Shown here: positions 1 through 9,000 of the stretch, one piece after another
How the letters are laid out: each line of letters opens with the position of its first letter
Numbering within the stretch: the stretch's first letter is position 1
Source: a virus
Lineage: Duplodnaviria; Caudoviricetes
Reading direction: 5' to 3' (one strand)
Virus record (IMG/VR): IMGVR_UViG_3300044710_000061
Location: 1-59,819 of that record
Length of the DNA stretch: 59,819 bases
The notes under the pieces: generated by a model
Seen by the model: only the letters and a program-made list of their open reading frames with translations
The model's database searches: none
Told to the model about the DNA's origin: nothing
Position numbers and translations under genes: made by a program

Positions 1-510
1 CCGTCAAGACCGTGGACTGTGCGACAGTTTGAGCACGCTTGGGAGATACGCGCAGCCGATGGCGGCTTAATCTGCTTTGTGCAGAGCGAGACCCTTGCCC
101 GCGCCATTGCCGCGATACCGGAAATGCGGGCGCAGATCGGTAGCCTGAAAGCTGAAATAGATTGGCATTGCGAAGAAATCAACCGCCTCCGCGCGGAGAT
201 GGACTACAACGTAAGCATCCGTGAGAGGCTTAAGTTGTTGGAAGATAACAACCGTGACCTCCGCGCCGAAAAGGCGGAGCTACAGAAGCAGAACGACGCT
301 CTAAGAGGAACCTACCCGAGAAACATAGGAGCGGAAATCACAGAGGCATTTGCAGATAACCAGTGCCTACGCGCCGAGAAGGCCACCATCGAAGCGGCCA
401 CGATAGAACGGTGCGCTAAATTGGCGGATGCTCATGACCCATTCGAAGGGGGCATAGAGATGCCTGTTGGCGACGCCATCCGCGCTCTTGCCAAGGAGAA
501 CGAGACGTGA
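1..510 (+). CDS. Coiled-coil array protein (3' part; probably starts at 59709 across the circular junction)
   Basis: Frame is open from base 1 and continuous with ATG 59709. Has three LRAE(K/M) repeats and ends KENET, overlapping the next start. Confidence 0.7.
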   Translation, partial: PSRPWTVRQFEHAWEIRAADGGLICFVQSETLARAIAAIPEMRAQIGSLKAEIDWHCEEINRLRAEMDYNVSIRERLKLLEDNNRDLRAEKAELQKQNDALRGTYPRNIGAEITEAFADNQCLRAEKATIEAATIERCAKLADAHDPFEGGIEMPVGDAIRALAKENET

Positions 511-929
511 ACCAACCCCGAATGGCCCAAACACCCCGTTACCGGAGCAACCCACATGACCCAACCCAGCCCAACGATTGCGCTCACGATTTCTGGCATC
601 ACCTGGATTTTTGCCCTTTATGCACGCGTGACGAAAGAGACCGTCTTCGGACAGAATTAGCCGAATGTAATAGGCTGAAGGCCTATGCTGCGTCTTTAGG
701 CCAGCGAACATACCTTGATCTACACGCCGAGAACGATCGCCTACGCGCGGAGATAGAAAACAAGGAGAACGAGATTTGTGGGCTCATTTTAGATAAAGAC
801 ACTCTGCGTTCGCAGAAGGCGGAGCTAATCGAGATGCTGGCCACCCGCACGACGCATCCGGAATATCTGGAATTGCTGATACGGTACAGTCCTTATAGGA
901 ACGCGAACGAGACGGAGGGAACGTCATGA
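507..929 (+). CDS. Array protein with Cys/His motif and coiled coil
   Basis: CAH...CPLC, DRLRAE repeats, ends ANETEGTS; GTGA overlap with the previous gene. Confidence 0.7.
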   Translation: MNQPRMAQTPRYRSNPHDPTQPNDCAHDFWHHLDFCPLCTRDERDRLRTELAECNRLKAYAASLGQRTYLDLHAENDRLRAEIENKENEICGLILDKDTLRSQKAELIEMLATRTTHPEYLELLIRYSPYRNANETEGTS

Positions 930-1186
930 ATGAATTTACGATCGTCTATATAATTCTACGCATGACATTCTCTAATGTCATGTCAACCGGCGTATCTGAA
1001 GTGCGCATTCCTCCGAACGTTGATTGCCAATTGGTAGCAGAAGACTTCGCTAGAAGGCACAAGGGCGAGTATGACGTAAGTTGGGAATGTATTCCAATCT
1101 ACCGGGGCGCAGAGCTTAAAAAGCTTGAGGATGCTTTCGATTCAGCCATCAAGAGACTCGATGGAATCATGGAGAGACCGAGGTAG
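926..1186 (+). CDS. Small array protein with hydrophobic N-terminus
   Basis: ATGA overlap after the boundary repeat. Reading through TAG 1184-1186 would continue in frame to ANETERK* at 1225. Confidence 0.6.
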   Translation: MNEFTIVYIILRMTFSNVMSTGVSEVRIPPNVDCQLVAEDFARRHKGEYDVSWECIPIYRGAELKKLEDAFDSAIKRLDGIMERPR

Positions 1187-1221
1187 CGGATATGCAGGCC
1201 AGCGAACGAGACGGAGAGGAA

Positions 1222-1434
1222 ATGAACGGAACTCATCTTGCCGTGCTAATCATAGGGATCATATTTGGCTGGCTTATTAGGGATTCCATGCGGGAAAGAC
1301 CTAGCAGAGCGAACGAGACGGAGGCGAAGAAGGATATAATGTCAGAGGTAGATATTCTTTATAAATTCGACGCAAAGACAGAGGAAGACGCTTTCAAAAA
1401 CTTGGCGCGATCGAACGAGATGGAGGGAAAATGA
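1222..1434 (+). CDS. Small membrane array protein, apparently two fused cassettes
   Basis: Starts at the ATG of the boundary repeat; TM segment LAVLIIGIIFGWLI; internal ANETEA repeat; ends SNEMEGK. Confidence 0.6.
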   Translation: MNGTHLAVLIIGIIFGWLIRDSMRERPSRANETEAKKDIMSEVDILYKFDAKTEEDAFKNLARSNEMEGK

Positions 1435-1655
1435 CCATTAAGGAATTGGCAGAGCGTGCTTTTGTGGCCTCAGAACGAGTGCGCGCGCTCAGAATGATGA
1501 ACACTCCCTATGAATACGATAAACGGAAAGACGCATTCATCAAATTGGCCGAAGCACAGGAAGACGAAGCGAAGGCTGCTGGGATTCTAGAAGGTGCCAT
1601 CAAGGCCGCGCAATTGATTGCGATGAGAACACCAACAGACGAGACGGAGGCGTGA
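1431..1655 (+). CDS. Small helical array protein
   Basis: ATGA overlap; ends TDETEA. Confidence 0.6.
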   Translation: MTIKELAERAFVASERVRALRMMNTPYEYDKRKDAFIKLAEAQEDEAKAAGILEGAIKAAQLIAMRTPTDETEA

Positions 1656-1837
1656 TGTTCACCCAAAAACAGATTGACGCGGCGGCGGAATCCCTAAAAA
1701 AGAATCAGCATCTACTCTCATGGTCAGAACTAGCCAAAGGCGCCCTAGAAGCCGCGGAGGCAGCGGCATGGGAGCCGATTGACGCGGCACCGAAGGATGA
1801 CGATAAAGCCCTAATTGAAATACAACGCGAAGATTGA
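1652..1837 (+). CDS. Last array protein, ending just after a WxPIxxAPKD motif (possibly truncated)
   Basis: AAWEPIDAAPKD resembles the WQPIETAPKDG phage motif; the ORF stops shortly after, converging on the late operon. Confidence 0.5.
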   Translation: MMFTQKQIDAAAESLKKNQHLLSWSELAKGALEAAEAAAWEPIDAAPKDDDKALIEIQRED

Positions 1838-2209
1838 CAACACGCTCAGCACAAGGGTCACGCCGGCCGTCACTCCGACTTCAAGCGCTGTATCGGTGAA
1901 AATCCTTACCTTGTAAAGAACGCCAAATAGCGCGATCGCAGATCCAATTACTAGGATCCAAGTGTCCAGACTATTCATTATGAGACTGATTTCGCCGCTG
2001 TGGACCTTGTTCCAGAACCATGCCAGCAGAATCAGATTTCCGGTGTGGTGAATGATCAACCCGTTAAAGAAACTAATCTTGGCGTAGGCGTCTCCCAGGC
2101 CACCAACTTGCCAGCACCTCAAACTGTACCGAGCAAACACAAACAGAAGCATGATGCTCGCAACAATCCACCCCACGACCAGAAAATCAATAACGTGAAC
2201 CGTGTTCAT
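1811..2209 (-). CDS. Multi-pass membrane protein at the end of the late operon
   Basis: Three to four hydrophobic segments. Confidence 0.65.
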   Translation of the reverse strand: MNTVHVIDFLVVGWIVASIMLLFVFARYSLRCWQVGGLGDAYAKISFFNGLIIHHTGNLILLAWFWNKVHSGEISLIMNSLDTWILVIGSAIALFGVLYKVRIFTDTALEVGVTAGVTLVLSVLSIFALYFN

Positions 2210-2412
2210 TGACCTCGGCGTACTTTCGTGATGTTGCTGATTATAGTGCCGACAGGATCAACTCGATCTCCTATCTTGCCGACGTCGCGCTGCATGTCGA
2301 TAGCTTCCTGATCAAGCTTCGATTGCGCTTGGACCAGTCTATCACGAAAATCGTAATTGGCGACGGAGCCGTGCAATAAGCGGCTTATCTTATTCCGTAG
2401 TCTAATCAACAT
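2206..2412 (-). CDS. Hypothetical protein
   Basis: Likely start MLIRLRNK at 2412; coupled to its neighbours. Confidence 0.5.
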   Translation of the reverse strand: MLIRLRNKISRLLHGSVANYDFRDRLVQAQSKLDQEAIDMQRDVGKIGDRVDPVGTIISNITKVRRGQ

Positions 2413-2653
2413 CCTCGGCCTCGTATTCTGAAGGCTCGGGAGCACGACCATGGAGGAAGATGCTACGTAAGGAACGGATAGAGTTGGTTTGCCTAACGGT
2501 GGACTTAAGATAATCTTTGCTAAGGTCACGCTCTCTCTCCTGTGTTTCGAGCCTCTCGGCGCGCTCTAGCCGCCAGAGGTACGCAAAAACAAGAGCAAGT
2601 GCGTACGGCCCTGCCTGGGTGAGAGTGTCTAAAAGAGGCTTTATCTCTTCCAT
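2402..2653 (-). CDS. Single-TM plus coiled-coil protein, holin- or lysis-associated candidate
   Basis: GPYALALVFAYLW TM followed by a charged coil; lies in the lysis region. Confidence 0.5.
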   Translation of the reverse strand: MEEIKPLLDTLTQAGPYALALVFAYLWRLERAERLETQERERDLSKDYLKSTVRQTNSIRSLRSIFLHGRAPEPSEYEAEDVD

Positions 2654-2659
2654 TGGCGG

Positions 2660-2836
2660 TCACTCGTGATCGCCATTGATTTTAAGATCATGCTTGAGAA
2701 CGATAAATCGAGCCCAAACATGACACAGCCAAACAGGTTTGAGCGTCTCCGTATGTAGAAAAGTGACCATGTCCCGAATTGTGGCCATTCGCATGGCACG
2801 CCGCTCAAGGTCAGCCGCCTCAGCGGGCGTAATCAT
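2660..2836 (-). CDS. 58-aa hypothetical protein (MITPAEAADLERR...)
   Basis: Translated by hand; fills the gap between its neighbours. Confidence 0.45.
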   Translation of the reverse strand: MITPAEAADLERRAMRMATIRDMVTFLHTETLKPVWLCHVWARFIVLKHDLKINGDHE

Positions 2837-2839
2837 AGC

Positions 2840-3595
2840 TCAACTGTTGGCCATCACCTTCATATCGTTAAGCAAGTCCGCAAGATGCAGCCCGCGCGGC
2901 GTCACAGTCTGTTGAACGTTCAACCAATCCTGCGCCACTTGGCATACGACTTCGTCGCAGGCTGCTTCGATGAACCGCGGCGTTATGGCTTGCAGTCGGC
3001 CCCAGGTTACGCAAAGAAAGTTGCCGAGCGAGTTGCGGCCAATGATTGGCACATAATGCCCGCCCTCCACCGTAGAGCCCTTTACGACGTCCCACGGCTC
3101 GCTGTGGTCGAATTGATCCTGTTGAGAAGCCGTCATCTGTAGGCCGATGCCGATGCTTCCAAAAAGGAAGGCAGCTTCAGCTATGTTTTGCGGCCGAACC
3201 TCAACGAAGCCAAGTATCTGGTGACCGATGAAGCCGTTATCCTTCCAGTATTGACAGGCTTCAACCATGTCCGTGCCCTGGTCGGTTGATGGGTCAGTCG
3301 GATCATATCCCGTTATTTCGCTGTAAATTCCAAGTACTTGGCTATCCGTGAAATTGACCGAGCTGCCACCTGTAGCAGCCCACATCTTCACTTGGTGCGC
3401 AAATCCAGCGATAACGCAATCGCCTACGGTGTCATTAGCGAGCATTCCCCATTGCATCGCGCTCCACGCCTTGAGGTCACCGAACTTCTTCGGGACTGGC
3501 GGAAGCTCCGCCTTATTGAGATAGTCCCTCAAAAGCAGCTTCATCGCCCCGGGTCTGGGAGGCTTCTTGCCATATTTGAATTTCATGGCGATCAC
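2840..3595 (-). CDS. Papain-like cysteine peptidase
   Basis: ND-x-VGDCVIAG (catalytic Cys), GGHYV (His) and VTWG motifs. Confidence 0.6.
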   Translation of the reverse strand: MIAMKFKYGKKPPRPGAMKLLLRDYLNKAELPPVPKKFGDLKAWSAMQWGMLANDTVGDCVIAGFAHQVKMWAATGGSSVNFTDSQVLGIYSEITGYDPTDPSTDQGTDMVEACQYWKDNGFIGHQILGFVEVRPQNIAEAAFLFGSIGIGLQMTASQQDQFDHSEPWDVVKGSTVEGGHYVPIIGRNSLGNFLCVTWGRLQAITPRFIEAACDEVVCQVAQDWLNVQQTVTPRGLHLADLLNDMKVMANS

Positions 3596-4318
3596 CTAGA
3601 AGTTAAATTTCACCACACCACGGTACATGTTGCCTAGGCCAGGGCACACGCCACTTAAGCCACCGCCAAAGCACGCCCCTGTGGTCCTGACCTGATACTC
3701 GCCATACACGTCAGCCACAACGCCGTTGCTCAGGCGACTCCATGCCCCGATTTGAAACGCTGGAGACACTTCCCAAACTCTATTGGTTGTGAATGGATTA
3801 CCAGTATTTGGATCGATGAACTGCGAACTGACATCCTGGAAATGCCCAGCAAGGGCTGCGTAAGGAACTGGCGTGCCGGTAGTCACACCAACAGGTAGGA
3901 TGGGAAGGCTCGGCACGGCGATATTGTTGAATCCAAACTGACCTAAGAACGATGCGATCGCAGCGTTGCCATATCCAGCGCGGATCATCCCATCGAGAGG
4001 ACCGCTAAGAGAGAAACCGTTGGCTGCGCCATTGAGATTAGCGAACCAGATCGTTCCTTCCACGAACCACAGTGAGGTGGGACCAGTGGCACAAGTGTAG
4101 CCAAACCCCGCACCAATCTCGCCCTGCACCACAGATGCGCCAGGAACAGGTGAATTACTGACAGGTCCAGCCCCACCAGCGGCCCCAACCGTCATATAGG
4201 TTCCACAGCCAGTTGCGGGAATGTCACGAGGCAAGAATGGCGCCTTCGTAGGGAGATCAGCCGCGACCGCTGACCAGGAAGCCAGAGCGAACGACGTAGC
4301 GAGAAGAAGCTTTTTCAT
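3596..4318 (-). CDS. Outer-membrane beta-barrel protein (Omp25/RopB-like)
   Basis: Signal peptide followed by ADLPTKAP, as in rhizobial OMPs; amphipathic strands; C-terminal Phe. Confidence 0.7.
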   Translation of the reverse strand: MKKLLLATSFALASWSAVAADLPTKAPFLPRDIPATGCGTYMTVGAAGGAGPVSNSPVPGASVVQGEIGAGFGYTCATGPTSLWFVEGTIWFANLNGAANGFSLSGPLDGMIRAGYGNAAIASFLGQFGFNNIAVPSLPILPVGVTTGTPVPYAALAGHFQDVSSQFIDPNTGNPFTTNRVWEVSPAFQIGAWSRLSNGVVADVYGEYQVRTTGACFGGGLSGVCPGLGNMYRGVVKFNF

Positions 4319-4503
4319 ATCCGTTTTCCTTTCAGCCGATCGAGCCAGTGCCCACGTTTCTGGCGTAGCTTTCTTACATCTTCACGAATACGCCAGACAC
4401 ACACGGGGCAACCCCACGAATGCCCAGTTCGGCTTTCAAACCGGACATAGCGCTTTTGATGCTTCTCGCAGAATAAAGGGGTTCGTAGTGATATAAATGG
4501 CAC
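4315..4503 (-). CDS. Small Cys/His zinc-binding protein
   Basis: CEKH...CPVC. Confidence 0.45.
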   Translation of the reverse strand: MPFISLRTPLFCEKHQKRYVRFESRTGHSWGCPVCVWRIREDVRKLRQKRGHWLDRLKGKRI

Positions 4504-4509
4504 AGCGGC

Positions 4510-4785
4510 TTATTTCTTCGCCGCCTCTACCGCATCCTTCTTGACCTGGTCGGCCTCAGCAATCGTGGGGGCTCGAGCGAGTGGTCCAGATCCAACGCCC
4601 ACACCACCCGTTGCCAATGTCAGAAACGCCATGATGACGAACACGCTAAAGCTTACCCAGCCTGAGACGTAAGAAACGTATTCAGGCGGCACCAAGCCGC
4701 TTAGATGTACGGCCCCGCTGGTAAGGCCCTGACCGACGGTCGCAGCGAACTGCAGCCAGAACAGCAGCTTTGGTTCGAATTTCAT
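4510..4785 (-). CDS. Holin candidate (2 TM)
   Basis: Start MKFEPK; two hydrophobic segments and a charged tail; downstream of the endolysin. Confidence 0.5.
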   Translation of the reverse strand: MKFEPKLLFWLQFAATVGQGLTSGAVHLSGLVPPEYVSYVSGWVSFSVFVIMAFLTLATGGVGVGSGPLARAPTIAEADQVKKDAVEAAKK

Positions 4786-4880
4786 TGAGTATGCCTTTCG
4801 CTGGAGGTGTTCAAAATTAGACAGACCTAAGCATCCCCACCATGGCAAACAGGACAATGCCGAGGTTGGGAGGCCGAGCC

Positions 4881-5066
4881 ATGTTTGATCAGTCAGGTAG
4901 GCTGATTTGCCAGGAATGCGCTACTGCCATGCTGATTGTCAGCATTCTGCCAGGCGAAGTTCTGTTCCAATGCACAAACGGCGCATGCCTAAAGACGAAG
5001 GTTTACGAGAAATCAACTCGGAAGCAGACACCCCAAAAATCTAAGGAGCAGCCATCGCCATCTTGA
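4881..5066 (+). CDS. Small antisense zinc-ribbon ORF
   Basis: GGAGG upstream; CQEC...CTNGAC; occupies the gap between endolysin and holin candidate. Confidence 0.4.
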   Translation: MFDQSGRLICQECATAMLIVSILPGEVLFQCTNGACLKTKVYEKSTRKQTPQKSKEQPSPS

Positions 5067-5598
5067 GAGCCGCAGCTCCGATCTCTGAAGTTCGCCTCGT
5101 CCAGTCAGTCCCAAAATATTTAAAGCCATTCATCATTTTGTATACCGTAAAACGGCGAGCGGTGAAAGCTGGATTCAGGTTTACGTGGCTGCAGGCAAAC
5201 ACAGCCGACGCTGTCTCCGTTCCCCAACTGCCATCAACCTGAACCTTGAGGCAATGCTGAAGGATTTTGGTTGCCTCAGTACAGCCCATGTTTACGGCGG
5301 AATCGAAGTATTGAAGGTCAAGGCCAGCAGGCAGGTCGCCGCAATGCGGCAGCCAGTAGTGGCCCTTATAGATATCCAGCCCCTCCAACTGAGTGCACAG
5401 CCTAACGTCTTGGCAGTGTAGTCCCTGGCCTTTACGGAACTGATCGTACTCCCGCTGGATTATCCCGCACATGGTTTCCCCACCGGGGTCATGCTTATCA
5501 TTGCTGAAGTTGCGCGGATCGCTCCAGTTGGAGCTGTCAGGGCACTCCTGGGCAAGCGTAAATGGCAGGCAGATAGAGAAGCGATCGGTCATCTTCAT
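5041..5598 (-). CDS. Endolysin, glycoside hydrolase family 108
   Basis: SNDKHDPGGETxxGI, LPAGLDLQYFDSAVNMG, VDGxWGxET and FGxxWxRR motifs. Confidence 0.85.
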   Translation of the reverse strand: MKMTDRFSICLPFTLAQECPDSSNWSDPRNFSNDKHDPGGETMCGIIQREYDQFRKGQGLHCQDVRLCTQLEGLDIYKGHYWLPHCGDLPAGLDLQYFDSAVNMGCTEATKILQHCLKVQVDGSWGTETASAVFACSHVNLNPAFTARRFTVYKMMNGFKYFGTDWTRRTSEIGAAALKMAMAAP

Positions 5599-5810
5599 GC
5601 GCTCTTAAGTGCTAACAATCGAGCATGCACAACGTCTTTGTCATGGCCATCCCAACCCTTCGTGTATGTACGACCTCTGCGCTTAGGAGGCCGATTCTTC
5701 CGATCATATCTCTTCCGATAGAGATCGCATTTCTCCGGATTTCTCTTCTGCCATTCCCTTGTGTATCTGAGGCGATTGACCTTCCAAGTTTTCATGCTCC
5801 TGGCTTCCAA
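5595..5810 (-). CDS. Small basic protein
   Basis: Arg/Lys-rich; coupled to the endolysin start. Confidence 0.4.
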   Translation of the reverse strand: MEARSMKTWKVNRLRYTREWQKRNPEKCDLYRKRYDRKNRPPKRRGRTYTKGWDGHDKDVVHARLLALKSA

Positions 5811-5922
5811 ATTCCAAGGAGAAACCCAAAAGACGCGCCAACAAACAGGCCAAGCAGCATTCCGCTGATTTCAAAATCAATCCATCCTGCACATGCAATG
5901 GCGGAGTCACTAAGCAATTCCC

Positions 5923-6291
5923 TCATGCGCCCGGCCCCGGAATAAAACAGCGAATCAACTTCTTTCCGGTGTCATCAGTAACGCTGGACGAGAACCACAC
6001 AACGGCACGCTGCACAGGATTTGGCACATCAACCACAGCGTCTTCCGGTATCTGCCGCCATTCCCCTTCGACGACAGCCCAGTAGTGTCCGTCTTTAATA
6101 TCCCAGTCGGTTGGATGGCCGTCGGCCTCCGAGCAGCAGAGCATTCCCTTTCCGTTGTGCTGCTGTATGAACCAATCCTTCTGGCCTTGCGTAATATCAG
6201 GCCACTCGTCCGCAACGTTTTCCCATTTGCCATGCGAGAATGTAGAAACACACACGAGCGCCAACGCGCCCGCGAGAGCACGGAGCATCAA
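5923..6291 (-). CDS. Exported Cys-containing protein
   Basis: Signal peptide; CCSEADG...IRCFIPG pattern. Confidence 0.7.
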   Translation of the reverse strand: MMLRALAGALALVCVSTFSHGKWENVADEWPDITQGQKDWFIQQHNGKGMLCCSEADGHPTDWDIKDGHYWAVVEGEWRQIPEDAVVDVPNPVQRAVVWFSSSVTDDTGKKLIRCFIPGPGA

Positions 6292-6320
6292 GTTTTACCT
6301 TTCATGTTGGAGATTGACGG

Positions 6321-6350
6321 TTGACGCCCTACCACCTGCGGGCGTATAAC
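6321..6350 (+). promoter_or_regulatory. Sigma70-like promoter of a plus-strand moron
   Basis: TTGACG-N18-TATAAC, followed by a GC hairpin (about 6356-6389) and GGAG-GTG. Confidence 0.55.
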
Positions 6351-6414
6351 ATAGCGGCCTCCAGAAGCGTTCCCGCGCTCCTGAAGGCCTAACCCTCGCC
6401 AGTGGAGTGAACAC

Positions 6415-6627
6415 ATGGCTCAGGCTACCCAATCCCATATCACATCCGACCTGCGTCAGTCACGGTACTATACAACCGTGCTGCGCACACTTGCGTCAAG
6501 GTTCGATTGGCATACGGCCGACGGACGTCGCAGGATCATTTACCTATCGCTGCGCGCCGGGACCACTTGGCCGGCCGCGCATGCATGGAAGGTGTCCCGC
6601 CGCTGGGTGGAGGACACCGCGCGATGA
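6415..6627 (+). CDS. Hypothetical protein (moron)
   Basis: First ORF after the promoter and hairpin. Confidence 0.5.
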   Translation: MAQATQSHITSDLRQSRYYTTVLRTLASRFDWHTADGRRRIIYLSLRAGTTWPAAHAWKVSRRWVEDTAR

Positions 6628-6900
6628 TACGCTTCATCCTCATCAGCGCTGGACTGCTCGTCCTGAGCGTTCCGCCCACCATCGGCGGCCTTGCATATTG
6701 GCTGCTTTTGTATCAACCGTTCATGCCGTGAGGTGAGCAATGACACCGCAAGAAGCTGCCCGTGAATTAAACCTAATAGCCCGTAGACTTATGGAAGTTC
6801 AGAATGAACTTGCAAACGAGATTGCCAACATTCGCAAAGTGACGGACAATTTTCGATCTTCACCGGAGATGCCGGAACCTAGCCGGTCAAGCCATTACTC

Positions 6901-7206
6901 ATGACGACGAAACGCTGGATAGATGAATATCTCGCATGGAATGCGAGTACTGAAGTGCGCCACCTGCAATCTCGATGGGAAAGGCAAAAAAAGTTAGCCC
7001 TGATGGTTCTTGACGAGAAGAAATCTCTAGAGGAAATAGCAAAGGCTACTGGAAAAAAACGAGCTTCGTTAGCCAGCGATATTTGTTTTGGTGCTCTTGT
7101 TATGAGAGAAGAGCGGGAAGATGCAATGAAACTTTACGAGCTTACTCGTGAACCTGGCATTGGACACATAACAGCTATTAAACGATTCCTGGAATCTACC
7201 TCATGA
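6901..7206 (+). CDS. HTH-like protein (moron)
   Basis: KSLEEIAKATGKKRASL helix-turn-helix-like segment; lower GC. Confidence 0.5.
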   Translation: MTTKRWIDEYLAWNASTEVRHLQSRWERQKKLALMVLDEKKSLEEIAKATGKKRASLASDICFGALVMREEREDAMKLYELTREPGIGHITAIKRFLESTS

Positions 7207-8634
7207 TCCATAGCAAACCCAGTCAAAGACTGCGTTCGCGGTAGACGTGAAGTTGATGACTAAGGTACCGGTGCTCGGGACTACTGTCGTCGGAGCCACC
7301 TGGTGACCGGAAACAACGCAACGGGGCGCCGCGGAAAACGCGGTGCCGAACGTCACGGTGCAGGATGTCGCCGAAGCTGTCTGATTGCCCACCGTTCCAG
7401 ATATATCTGTGCCACTTATCGCACCGCCAGTCCCATTGCATCCCGCTGTCACGGTCGGAGCGACGCCAGACCCAGCATAGGTGGCATGGCCGCCGGTAGC
7501 TGATGCAGAGAGTGTCATGGTTCCGCTCGTCAAACCGTTCAGTACAAGCGTTCCATTGGTGGAATTGCTAGTGCCACCTCCCACAATTTGCCCGGATGGA
7601 CTAATGGCAAATCCTGGGGACTTGAAGGCAAAGCCGCTATAGGTACCGCGGCTGAGATCGACACCATTGACGAGCGACGCATCGTTACGGAATGCCGTAT
7701 CGGATACGGTAGCGGCAGATACATAAAATCCATTGACGTCGGTGCTCGATGAACTCACCGGATTGGTCATGAACCCGGCAAAGCAGGTGTTGCTACCGCC
7801 ACACGTCGCCATAAATCCGGCGTTAAAACTGGAGCTGCTAAATGTTGTGGTCTGATTGGTCCCGCTGCTGTTGATGGCGTTCCCCTCGGTTCCAATCAAC
7901 GTTGAATATGCAACCGTTGCTGTGGCAATACCCACAAGCCCTTCGCAGTTTCCGAGTGAAGCGGTTGTGCAAGCTCCAGTTCCATACGCTCCAGCAACGC
8001 CGCCATTACCCGCAGTCTCGACAGCTTCGAACTGAGCCGCTTGATTTATGATATTACTTCCGCTGCCAATCTTTACCGTCGAAGCGTATAGAGTCGGCAC
8101 CACGCCATTGGTGCTTGTGTTGTTCCTTACAGTCTGGAAAATAGCGGTCGCCTGATCGTCGTTGACTGGCGTGCTAAAGTTTCCCCTCACCCCAAGGAAA
8201 AGAGAATCCGCAGCGCCGGCCATATAGGAATCGGCCACCGCGAAAGGGTTGCCAAGCGTTACGGCAAATTGATGCGCTGTCTGATTGAGGGTGCCCCATA
8301 GAACACAATCCGTGCCATCAAAGATGTTGAATGTCGTTCCGGTAGGCGCTCCAGTCGTATTCACGAATGTCTGATACGTCGAGAGCGATGGCGGGCTGCA
8401 CGTTGGGCCGCTTGGTGGCAGAGCACTGCTAGTCGAGGCAACCATATCAAGCAGCGTTTGCCGCGCATTAAACGGAGTAATGAAGTTCTGCGTATTGTCT
8501 GGCCACAGGTTGTTAATTTCCGTCTCCAGAGCCATCGGTGTTTTCGGCGTACCGGTCTGGGCCATTGCACCGAACAACGATGCAAGCCATATTGATCCTG
8601 ACAGGAGAAGGCGAGCAAACATGAATGCTTTCAT
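7201..8634 (-). CDS. Tail fibre/adhesin-like protein with a signal peptide
   Basis: Start MKAFMF...FGAMA|Q. N-terminal WPDNTQNFITP module, Gly/Ser/Thr beta-rich body, C-terminal VTFGTAFSAAPRCVVS...FDWVCYG tail-fibre-type end. Confidence 0.7.
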   Translation of the reverse strand: MKAFMFARLLLSGSIWLASLFGAMAQTGTPKTPMALETEINNLWPDNTQNFITPFNARQTLLDMVASTSSALPPSGPTCSPPSLSTYQTFVNTTGAPTGTTFNIFDGTDCVLWGTLNQTAHQFAVTLGNPFAVADSYMAGAADSLFLGVRGNFSTPVNDDQATAIFQTVRNNTSTNGVVPTLYASTVKIGSGSNIINQAAQFEAVETAGNGGVAGAYGTGACTTASLGNCEGLVGIATATVAYSTLIGTEGNAINSSGTNQTTTFSSSSFNAGFMATCGGSNTCFAGFMTNPVSSSSTDVNGFYVSAATVSDTAFRNDASLVNGVDLSRGTYSGFAFKSPGFAISPSGQIVGGGTSNSTNGTLVLNGLTSGTMTLSASATGGHATYAGSGVAPTVTAGCNGTGGAISGTDISGTVGNQTASATSCTVTFGTAFSAAPRCVVSGHQVAPTTVVPSTGTLVINFTSTANAVFDWVCYGS

Positions 8635-8800
8635 ACCTCTAGTTCTCATTGCTCTATCTGTCTTCATTGCTTTCCATGTCGGATACGAAGCCGGCTTACG
8701 TGAAGCCAATTCCGAATGGGTCAGCATTGTCCATGCTCCAGGCGTGTGTGTGACCGCAGTCGATAATCCTACTTGCTTTGCGCAGCCTTTGCGTCGCTGA
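8621..8800 (+). CDS. Small antisense membrane ORF
   Basis: AGGAG upstream; N-terminal TM segment; fills the gap 8635-8768. Confidence 0.4.
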   Translation: MNAFIPLVLIALSVFIAFHVGYEAGLREANSEWVSIVHAPGVCVTAVDNPTCFAQPLRR

Positions 8801-8993
8801 GTTGCTTTTCGAGATCTGCAATCTTGTTCTGCAAGTCGGTTACTGCAGCCGCGCAGGAGGCCAAGTTATCAAGCGCACTGTTCCGCTGCTGCTGATAGTA
8901 GGGAACCAACTTCGCTGCAGTTGATGCGGATGGCTGTTGCGCGAGAGCCACGGATGTCATCGTCATAAGACTGGCAACCACTAAACTTTTCAT
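8769..8993 (-). CDS. Small exported coiled-coil protein (fibre chaperone-like)
   Basis: MKSLVVASLMTMTSVALA|QQ; heptad C-terminus; lies directly after the tailspike. Confidence 0.6.
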   Translation of the reverse strand: MKSLVVASLMTMTSVALAQQPSASTAAKLVPYYQQQRNSALDNLASCAAAVTDLQNKIADLEKQLSDAKAAQSK

Positions 8994-9000
8994 GTCACCT

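Larger units (their letters stand above)
498..1655 (+). repeat. Boundary repeat GCGAACGAGACGGAGGGGAAATGA, left-end copies
   Basis: Copies at 498-510, 903-929, 1202-1225, 1309-1326, 1411-1434 and 1635-1655, plus a partial copy at 761-775. Confidence 0.85.
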
